Part shown: positions 9,565 to 16,178 of the stretch, in pieces
Numbering within the stretch: the first letter of the stretch is position 1
Layout of the letters: each line of letters opens with the position of its first letter
Source of the DNA: Candidatus Binatia bacterium
Lineage (GTDB): Bacteria; Patescibacteriota; Saccharimonadia; Saccharimonadales; UBA10212
Assembly: GCA_035542755.1 (NCBI GenBank)
Contig: DATKKU010000009.1
Span: 1-39,959 of the forward strand
Length of the DNA stretch: 39,959 bases
Direction of reading: 5' to 3'
The notes under the pieces: model-generated
Told to the model about the DNA's origin: nothing
Database searches by the model: none
What the model saw: only the letters and a program-made list of their open reading frames with translations
Translations under genes and position numbers: made by a program

Positions 9565-10702
9565 GCCTGGCAATAGCTTTCTCGTATGCTTGCTCGTACA
9601 TCTGGGCGACTTTTGGCCAGTCAAACTGCTCGACGTATTTCTCGGCCCAATCTATCCAAATTTTTCTAAGCTCGGGCTGGTACAAGAACACCTCCAGCCG
9701 CCGGCTAAAGTCAATAATGTCCTGGGGGTTTACCAGCGACAGCGCGCCAAGTCCGGTCATAACGCTTTGATAACCAAGATTGTCGCCAGCTACCGTCGGC
9801 AGGCCGGCGGCCATGGCTTCTAGAAGCACTATGCCAAAACTTTCGCCGCGGTGTGACGGGTAGCAGGCGATATCGGCCTTGTGCAAATGACGTATCTTGT
9901 CGGCTTCAGAAATTCGGCCCAAAAAGGTCACCCTTGGAATCTCGTTATCTTTAACGTACTGGCGCAGCTTATCCTCGTCCGGCCCGGCGCCGGCAATTAG
10001 CAGCTGAACGTCATCTTTCTTGCTGGTCAGCTCATGATAGGCTTTGATTAGATACTTAACACCTTTACGGCCTTCTAATCTGCCAACGTAGAGTATGGTT
10101 TTTTGTTTGGGATTTTTAACGGCGCTGGCGGGCCTTGTCCTATACTTGCTAAGATCTATGCCGTTAGGTACATAGCGAATGCTTTTGGCCAGACGGTGGT
10201 CGGGTGCCTTATTAAGAAAAACTGCCGCCGGCGCCGGCGATACGGCTGTAATTATGTCTAATTTATCACCTATGCCCTTTCCGTAGGTAAAGAAGACGTT
10301 TACCAATGATTTGGCGGCCACCGAGTCAACTAGGTTGGCATGAAAAGTACCAACGTGGGCAGTGTCCGACAAAGCTAAAATTTGCCTAGCCAGGATAGGC
10401 GCCCAAGGCTCGTGAAAGTTAATAACATCAAACTTTTCGCTATTTAAAACTCTGGATATCTCCTCGGCCTCAATGTCGTAAGTCCAGGTGCCGTCGGTGG
10501 CCAGGCCGGCGTTAAACTTAGCCGATGTGCCTAGAAATATATAGTCTTTGGGCAGCTTACCCTTAAAACCAGCGGGTCGGGGTGTAATAATTTTTACCTC
10601 GTGACCGCGCTTGACCAACTCATCCCGAAGGTGCGTAACAACCTCGCTGACACCGCCGGAAAGTTCTAACATGTTATACGGACAAACCAGGGCTATTTTC
10701 AT
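9536..10702 (-). CDS. glycosyltransferase family 4 (GT-B, Glycos_transf_1)
   Basis: 388 aa with MKIALVCPY... at the N-terminus and RGESFGIVLLEAMAAGLP. It is a tandem paralog of the downstream gene. Confidence 0.8.
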   Translation of the reverse strand: MKIALVCPYNMLELSGGVSEVVTHLRDELVKRGHEVKIITPRPAGFKGKLPKDYIFLGTSAKFNAGLATDGTWTYDIEAEEISRVLNSEKFDVINFHEPWAPILARQILALSDTAHVGTFHANLVDSVAAKSLVNVFFTYGKGIGDKLDIITAVSPAPAAVFLNKAPDHRLAKSIRYVPNGIDLSKYRTRPASAVKNPKQKTILYVGRLEGRKGVKYLIKAYHELTSKKDDVQLLIAGAGPDEDKLRQYVKDNEIPRVTFLGRISEADKIRHLHKADIACYPSHRGESFGIVLLEAMAAGLPTVAGDNLGYQSVMTGLGALSLVNPQDIIDFSRRLEVFLYQPELRKIWIDWAEKYVEQFDWPKVAQMYEQAYEKAIARHEKIHAKAS

Positions 10703-10721
10703 GCTATTAGTATACCGTTTT

Positions 10722-11660
10722 TCATGCCGACTTTTCGTTTAGCAATCGGCGCAGCCCGGGCGGCACCATAACCGACATTTCTTTTTTTTCGGCTATAACG
10801 CTGGGTACATGGGTCTTAGAGCGCGCCAAAAACTGCCGATATTGCGAAAAGATTTGGCGCATGCGGTTTTCTACACTGATATTGTTAAGATAGTGGTCAT
10901 TCTCAGACACAATATGGACAACTGGTATATTTATGGACTTTTTACAGTTATTTAAGCGGAGCAGCTCAATGGTGGTTAACCAATGAGTACGCACATCGTT
11001 GGCCTGCCAAAGTTTAACCTCAAAGTCTAAGCTGCGGTCAAATTCTTCCGGCGTGACCTCTATAAACCGGTGCTTGGAGTGGGGCATAGTACCAGTCAAA
11101 AACTTTATAACCGGTCTGTTCAGAAAGCCGTATCGGATTACAAAAGCCGTTGGTCGGGCTGCAAAAAAACGCGATAATCCCACATAGAAATATTTGCTGG
11201 TTCGGCTAAAAACAATGTCATCACCGTGCATCAGGCCAACCGAGCCAATTAGCATATCTACTTTTTTAGTTAGTTCTGGGTAGCGCTGCAGCATCCTGGT
11301 GGTGACCGCGAAGCCAAAGGATATAGCGTAAATTCTGACTTTTTTAGTCTTGTAGCGAAGTTTTATAAAGGCTGCCAGATAGTCGGCCAGGGCGTCTAGG
11401 TTGGGCTTTGTGCCAATTTTGGCGAAACTTTCCATGCCGCCAAAACCCGGCAGGTCGGGCATACAGACATTGCCATATTTATCCAGATTCTCAACTAGCC
11501 CCCACCAACGCTCCAGCATGGCGTGGTGACCATATATAACTAGTATTTCACGCCGGCGGTTGCGCTTGGTGGTAGATGGAACATACATCATCCTCCCCTG
11601 TAATCCGTTCATGTTCAGGGGCACTATATAGTCACCAGGTTGTCTGGAACCTTTCGGCAT
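10722..11660 (-). CDS. alpha/beta hydrolase fold protein
   Basis: PDLPGFGG and a nucleophile-elbow-like AISFG. The listed ORF starts at TTG 11672. ATG 11660 is preferred because a minus-strand TATAAT (11677-11672) sits just upstream. Confidence 0.6.
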   Translation of the reverse strand: MPKGSRQPGDYIVPLNMNGLQGRMMYVPSTTKRNRRREILVIYGHHAMLERWWGLVENLDKYGNVCMPDLPGFGGMESFAKIGTKPNLDALADYLAAFIKLRYKTKKVRIYAISFGFAVTTRMLQRYPELTKKVDMLIGSVGLMHGDDIVFSRTSKYFYVGLSRFFAARPTAFVIRYGFLNRPVIKFLTGTMPHSKHRFIEVTPEEFDRSLDFEVKLWQANDVRTHWLTTIELLRLNNCKKSINIPVVHIVSENDHYLNNISVENRMRQIFSQYRQFLARSKTHVPSVIAEKKEMSVMVPPGLRRLLNEKSA

Positions 11661-11755
11661 ACTTGGCACCAATTATACGATAATTACAGATATCGGTAAA
11701 ACGTCGATATAACTTGCGTTATCTCTATAATTGTGGTATTATTTGTTCAAAGATT

Positions 11756-11785
11756 TGGCCTCCGCTGGCCAGGTCTCGTTTTTTT
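11756..11785 (+). promoter_or_regulatory. small hairpin plus T7 tract in the putative 5' leader of the island operon (attenuator/terminator-like)
   Basis: TGGCC-tccgct-GGCCA, then ggtctcg, then ttttttt. It lies downstream of two plus-strand -10-like boxes (TATAAT 11726-11731, TGgTATTAT 11734-11742). Confidence 0.3.
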
Positions 11786-11837
11786 GACAATCTAGTTAAA
11801 GATTAAGTTCAAATTAGCGTTCGGTTTTGTTAGGCAT

Positions 11838-11884
11838 CTAGCTCACGCTCAAGCTGTTCAAAAGACGGTTTAAGTGTGAGCTAG
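11838..11884. promoter_or_regulatory. 9-bp perfect inverted repeat (ctagctcac ... gtgagctag) just upstream of the island operon SD; candidate operator or leader hairpin
   Basis: Arms at 11838-11846 and 11876-11884 with a 29-nt spacer. SD aaggag (11898-11903) and ATG 11912 follow. Confidence 0.4.
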
Positions 11885-11911
11885 ACCAATCCTCAACAAG
11901 GAGATCCGCTA

Positions 11912-13378
11912 ATGCGTGGACGCCGCCGGTACTACACGGTGCGGGCATCCCGGTGGCTGGACGACCACTACTGGGGGCCTTTACTCGCGTACGCGAGTTG
12001 CCTGGTGGTGCTTCTCGGACTGGCCTGTGCTTTCTACGGCGCTGCCAAAGGAGTGCACAACAGCCACATCCACAGGCGCCAGCAATTCGGTCAGCTGATC
12101 TACTCGGTCGGGGAGTCAGCTCATGACAACTCGCCCAGAGCGATTGAGCTCCGCAAGCGCGCCGCAAGCAGGCTCGTGGAGCTAGACCTTCGTTACATCC
12201 AGATCTACGGCAAAAACAGTACGTACTTGCCGCTCAGCAACCACCGTCTGAAGCAGGTGCAGCAGGTAGCCAAGAATGGTCGCGCCATCAACGTGGGCGA
12301 TCTCAACGCTTGGTCCTTTAGTGCCTTTCTGGCGGCGATGGGGCGCTGGTACGTGCTGTTCACGATTTTCTCAGGTTTCGGACTATTCTTCCTGGTGAAC
12401 TTCCTGTTTCAACGGGACGACGGTCATCACAGCCGTTACCTGGCGGAGCTCCCCTGGAACAAACCCTGGCCTTGGGTCGTAACGTTGACTCTTGGGCCTG
12501 TGGGCTGGCTCGGCATGCCGTGCAGTTACCTGATGCTCGACTCCGAGGAGGAGGTTGGAGAAGAACTGCCCGTAGTCGAGCACGAAGAAGGCCTGTATGC
12601 GGACGCCGACGATCCCGCACTAGACCCTCAGGTTCTGCGCAGCTACGTCAGCGCTCCGGCTTCTGCTAGGGAGCTGTACATAAACCTGAGCATAGAGGCA
12701 CTTAGGTTGATTCGTGAAAGACGTCGGGTTCGTCTCGAGGAGAAGATTGACGAGACCCGGGATGAGATTCAGCACCACGCCGACATGGTTCGGATGTGCA
12801 ACACAGAGCTCAACGAGCTGGTGTCAAAGCGCCGAGCTCTGGACGAAGTTGTCGACGAACTCGAAAACTTCGGACCGGAGAAGCGGGCAGAGGAATTCGA
12901 AAGAATTCTCAGCCTGCCGGGCGTAATTGCGGTGCAGGTGGTCAACAGCCGCATCCGCCTAATCGTCCGCGCCAGCATCAGTTACGACGACGCTCTCTAC
13001 GATCTGGGAGATTGGCGGATGGACTTCGGTCCTGACACCACTCACATCGATGCTTACGAGCTTCGGTCCGGCATCAGACCAGAGTGGGATGGCAGCTATC
13101 CGGCCTACCGGCTTGGACGCGGCAACTTCTGCTTTGGCAACCGGGAGGATGAGATCAACCAGCACCTGAGCAAAGGCCAGTACCTGGAGGCTATGGCGCT
13201 TGCAACAGAGTGCCTAAACTCCGTCAACCGTACGGATCAAGAACGGATCCCATATGCCTTCAAGGAGGTTGCAGTCGATGCAGAACAAGAATCAGGAGAC
13301 GGTAATCAGACCGATGGTTCGGATCCCCCTGCACCTGTGGCAGAGGATGATGACCTACGTCATGCTCTGCCCGGTTGA
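11912..13378 (+). CDS. multi-TM, coiled-coil protein with a C-terminal Cys-containing alpha/beta domain (candidate non-canonical E2-like component or effector)
   Basis: 488 aa with SD aaggag 8 nt upstream. Hydrophobic segments lie at about aa 22-44, 132-166 and 185-208, followed by an acidic linker. A heptad-rich helix spans about aa 252-330. The C-terminal domain (aa 331-450) follows a helix, four strands, GNFCFG (Cys407, nt 13130-13132), helix pattern. Confidence 0.75.
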   Translation: MRGRRRYYTVRASRWLDDHYWGPLLAYASCLVVLLGLACAFYGAAKGVHNSHIHRRQQFGQLIYSVGESAHDNSPRAIELRKRAASRLVELDLRYIQIYGKNSTYLPLSNHRLKQVQQVAKNGRAINVGDLNAWSFSAFLAAMGRWYVLFTIFSGFGLFFLVNFLFQRDDGHHSRYLAELPWNKPWPWVVTLTLGPVGWLGMPCSYLMLDSEEEVGEELPVVEHEEGLYADADDPALDPQVLRSYVSAPASARELYINLSIEALRLIRERRRVRLEEKIDETRDEIQHHADMVRMCNTELNELVSKRRALDEVVDELENFGPEKRAEEFERILSLPGVIAVQVVNSRIRLIVRASISYDDALYDLGDWRMDFGPDTTHIDAYELRSGIRPEWDGSYPAYRLGRGNFCFGNREDEINQHLSKGQYLEAMALATECLNSVNRTDQERIPYAFKEVAVDAEQESGDGNQTDGSDPPAPVAEDDDLRHALPG

Positions 13379-13898
13379 GATCAACGGGTTCGGCATCGTC
13401 AACTTCGACAACCCGCAGGTCATCTTGCTAGAGGATGTGTTCATCCTCGATCAGTTGGCCACTCCGGGGAGCGTTGAAACCGACCCGCTGGCTCTCGGCC
13501 GTTACATGCACCAGTTGCACCTGGACGGCGGCGACTCCAGCAAGATCAAGTTCCAGTGGCATAGCCACGTCCAGATGCCGCCCTTCTTCTCGGCAGTCGA
13601 CAAGGACAACATCGAGAATTGGCCGGGGGACTGGCTGGTCAGCCTGGTCCTGAACCAACGCGGCGAGTTTGAGTGCCGCTACGACAGCCTGCGTCCACTA
13701 CGCTTCAGTCAAGTGCTGGAGCCAGTCATCGACGTAACGGTGACCGCCGCCGTCGCTGACGAACTGGCAAAGGAGGTGGCCGGCAAGGTCAAGCAGCCCC
13801 GGTGGGGAGGCCTTGGCACCAGGTCGCTGACGGACGGCAGCGTCGATCCAGACGCCTGGACCCCGACGACTCCGCAGTTCCTCAACCTGGCGGGCTAG
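13278..13898 (+). CDS. JAMM/MPN+ (JAB) metallopeptidase
   Basis: Conserved Glu in CPVEINGFG and an exact HxHx7Sx2D motif (HSHVQMPPFFSAVD, nt 13560-13601). The start is set at ATG 13278 because a strong SD aaggagg (13262-13268) lies 9 nt upstream. The listed ORF begins at 13254. Confidence 0.85.
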   Translation: MQNKNQETVIRPMVRIPLHLWQRMMTYVMLCPVEINGFGIVNFDNPQVILLEDVFILDQLATPGSVETDPLALGRYMHQLHLDGGDSSKIKFQWHSHVQMPPFFSAVDKDNIENWPGDWLVSLVLNQRGEFECRYDSLRPLRFSQVLEPVIDVTVTAAVADELAKEVAGKVKQPRWGGLGTRSLTDGSVDPDAWTPTTPQFLNLAG

Positions 13899-13902
13899 TC
13901 CG

Positions 13903-14571
13903 ATGCACGTAGACTACTCCGGCCAGACCGATATCTTCGACCCCAAGGCCTTTTCCTGGCCGGTGAATGTCATCGGCGTCGGGGGCATCGGCAGCGCAGT
14001 CATACTGCCGCTGGTGAAGCTAGGTCTTGCAAGTTCGCTCCATCTGTGGGACCCTGATTTCGTTGAGTTTCACAATGTGCCGGCCCAGCTGATCTATCGG
14101 GCCAGCGACGTGGGGAGAGCCAAGGTGGAAGCGGCCGCGGACGTTTTGCGGCCGTACCTTTCGCCTTCGTGCGAGCTGGTTCTCCACCAGGAACTTGTCG
14201 GCCCGCAGACACCACTCTCCGGAGTGGTCATCGGCGCCGTCGACAACATGAAAGCACGTTCCGATATATGGGAGGGGGTGAAATTCAACCCCGACATCCC
14301 TCTCTATCTCGACGGCCGAATCGGCGGCGAGCAGATGCAGCTACTTACGCTGAATCCGTTCGACATCGACGCCATCGAGTACTACGAGAAGACATGGTTG
14401 TTCCCGGATGAAGAAGGAGCCGAGCTGCCCTGCGCAGCCCGGACCGTGATTCATCCACCCGTCGTGTTGGCTGGGCATATCATCGCCCAGTTAACGCGAT
14501 TCGCACGCGATCTTCCGACCCGGCAGTACATCGACGTGCACGTTGGGACCACGCAGTTCATCGTGGTCTAG
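13903..14571 (+). CDS. minimal ThiF/MoeB/E1-like adenylyltransferase
   Basis: 222 aa with Rossmann GVGGIG (aa 25-30), WDPDFVEFHNVPAQ, GRAKVEAA and AVDNMKAR motifs. Its only cysteines are Cys90 and Cys177, and there is no CxxC pair. The start lies 4 nt after the JAB stop. Confidence 0.85.
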   Translation: MHVDYSGQTDIFDPKAFSWPVNVIGVGGIGSAVILPLVKLGLASSLHLWDPDFVEFHNVPAQLIYRASDVGRAKVEAAADVLRPYLSPSCELVLHQELVGPQTPLSGVVIGAVDNMKARSDIWEGVKFNPDIPLYLDGRIGGEQMQLLTLNPFDIDAIEYYEKTWLFPDEEGAELPCAARTVIHPPVVLAGHIIAQLTRFARDLPTRQYIDVHVGTTQFIVV

Positions 14572-14615
14572 GCGTGCCAACGATGCCACCCCGAAAGAAA
14601 AGGAGATACCGTACC

Positions 14616-14852
14616 ATGACCGAAGTCGCAGCAGAGACGACCCCGCAGTGGGTCCACGTCGCCATCCTCGGTGGCGACACCCAGCAGCTCGATTTCACCG
14701 CAGGCATGACCGTCGGGCAGGCGCTCGAGGCCGCTGGCCTCACCCGCCAGCGCGGCACCATGGTCCAGGTCAACGGCGTACCCGCCGATGACGACCAGGA
14801 GCTCGAGCCGAACTCCGCGGTCCAGATCACCACCCAGGTCAAGAACGGCTAG
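14616..14852 (+). CDS. ubiquitin-like beta-grasp protein (ThiS/MoaD/Ubl-like), C-terminal Gly
   Basis: 78 aa from ATG 14616 (SD aaaggag 14599-14605). It has a ThiS/MoaD-like pattern (MVQVNGVPA...LEPNSAVQITTQVKNG-stop). The listed ORF starts at GTG 14574, which would add a basic 14-aa extension. Confidence 0.75.
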   Translation: MTEVAAETTPQWVHVAILGGDTQQLDFTAGMTVGQALEAAGLTRQRGTMVQVNGVPADDDQELEPNSAVQITTQVKNG

Positions 14853-14874
14853 CGCCGCTCGCGACCCCGGGAAC

Positions 14875-14898
14875 CCGTTAGCTTTTCGGAGCTAACGG
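14875..14898 (+). terminator. hairpin 1 downstream of the Ubl gene (8 bp stem)
   Basis: CCGTTAGC-ttttcgga-GCTAACGG read directly. No U-tract. Confidence 0.35.
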
Positions 14899-14904
14899 TG
14901 GGTC

Positions 14905-14953
14905 GAACACCGTGGGCGAGAGATTGAAATACATCTCCTCGCCCACGGTGTTC
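14905..14953. terminator. hairpin 2 at the island right edge (16 bp perfect stem, 17 nt loop)
   Basis: GAACACCGTGGGCGAG ... CTCGCCCACGGTGTTC. It lies between the convergent Ubl and purM genes and has no clear U-tract. Confidence 0.45.
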
Positions 14954-15047
14954 CCCGACAACACATTTGCCTAAGCTTAAAAATTTAAACTTAGACAAGT
15001 ATGCTGTTGGAGTAACTTACTGCCTGTGAGGTCTACAGCGAATCTAT

Positions 15048-16178
15048 TTAAAAATGCAGCCACTCATCATGCCGCAAAACACCTTTATTCTTGATGCGGA
15101 GACCGGGTTCATCGGTCACTTCACCAATTCGCTGCGCCGAGATGCCGCTGGCCTCAGCCTGAGCCAAAACCTTATCTGGCTCAGCGGTGGCAATTACCAT
15201 ACCAGGGCCCATGTGCCACTTGCCGTAGGCTTGTTCGTCACTAAAGCCGCGCAAGGTCTGAACGTGCTTCATTATCTCTGGGGGCTCTATGGGGTTATCA
15301 ATGGTCGCGCCGTTGCCGGATGGCTCCAGCATTCGCCCAAGTTTACTGGGTTGACCGCCGCCAGTTATATGCGCTACACCACTAATGCTAGCTCTTGGCT
15401 CTTTATCAATATCAAATCCCCCGGTTAGCTCGGACACAAAACTGGCATATATGGTTGATGGCCTTTGGACTAATTTGCCTAGCGAGACATCTCCAAGCTG
15501 AAGAGCGACGGCGTCTTGCCACTGCGGTCCATAGTTCTCAAGCATGGCTTTTCTGACGTCGGTGATGCCATTAGATCTAAACCCGTGTTCAGCCAGTCCA
15601 ACCAGAGAATCGCCTGGTTTTATCTCGTGACCGGTCAAAATTCGCTCTTTGTGCGCTAGCCATAAAGCAGCCGCCCCCCAGTTATAGTTAAAGTCGCCGT
15701 AGCCGCCAACTCGGTCGCCCAACTCAGCAACCTCACCGTTGACTACTACAACCTTGGCGGCTTTGGCGGCGGCCACATAACCTGCTGCGAGCTGTCTTAC
15801 AGCTTGTCTGGTGTGTTGGCTGTCGTTGAGCTGGCGGACATCCAGGATAGAGCCAATAGCAACCGGTTCTGCACCCCGCACCACCGCGTCGTCACAGACC
15901 ATTGCAAATAAGTCATGAGCTACCACCGAGTGGTCATCTAAGCGTTCAGAAACCTCAACCTTAGTGCCAACGCCGTCAAACCCTAGATTTAGATACAAAT
16001 TGCCGATGTCTTTTAATATTGAGCCGGGAATCGCCCTAAATCCGGAGAATGATTCATGAAACTCAACCAGTAGTCCAGGACGATTGGAGTGAGTGAGCTT
16101 AGATGCTTCGTAGAGCATCCTTGAAACATCATCACCCAGCTCTATGTTTACATCTTGAATTGGAAGTCTGTTAGCCAA
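15048..16178 (-). CDS. purM: phosphoribosylformylglycinamidine cyclo-ligase (AIR synthetase family)
   Basis: 376 aa with FDGVGTKVEV, DDAVVRGAEP, NGEVAELG and AHITGGG motifs. It overlaps the purE stop by 8 nt. Confidence 0.8.
   Translation of the reverse strand: MANRLPIQDVNIELGDDVSRMLYEASKLTHSNRPGLLVEFHESFSGFRAIPGSILKDIGNLYLNLGFDGVGTKVEVSERLDDHSVVAHDLFAMVCDDAVVRGAEPVAIGSILDVRQLNDSQHTRQAVRQLAAGYVAAAKAAKVVVVNGEVAELGDRVGGYGDFNYNWGAAALWLAHKERILTGHEIKPGDSLVGLAEHGFRSNGITDVRKAMLENYGPQWQDAVALQLGDVSLGKLVQRPSTIYASFVSELTGGFDIDKEPRASISGVAHITGGGQPSKLGRMLEPSGNGATIDNPIEPPEIMKHVQTLRGFSDEQAYGKWHMGPGMVIATAEPDKVLAQAEASGISAQRIGEVTDEPGLRIKNKGVLRHDEWLHF

Larger units (their letters stand above)
11885..14960. other. 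high-GC compositional island (about 3.1 kb) carrying the Ubl/E1/JAMM cassette
   Basis: Hand-counted 60-nt lines inside give 58-77% GC against mostly about 37-52% in the flanks. There are dense spurious overlapping ORFs in all frames only here. Both edges are AT-rich. Confidence 0.8.

Noticed and set aside
11838-12167. Listed antisense and alternative-frame ORFs across the island (for example 11838..12167-, 12360..12620-, 14169..14411+, 14558..14842-)
   Set aside because: They are Arg/Pro/Ser-rich, overlap well-supported motif-bearing genes and have no translation signals. They are a by-product of high GC.
13254-13277. Upstream ATG 13254 as the JAB start, and GTG 14574 as the Ubl start
   Set aside because: The downstream ATGs (13278 and 14616) are each preceded by a canonical SD at proper spacing. 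The extensions add non-conserved-looking basic peptides. They cannot be fully excluded without data.
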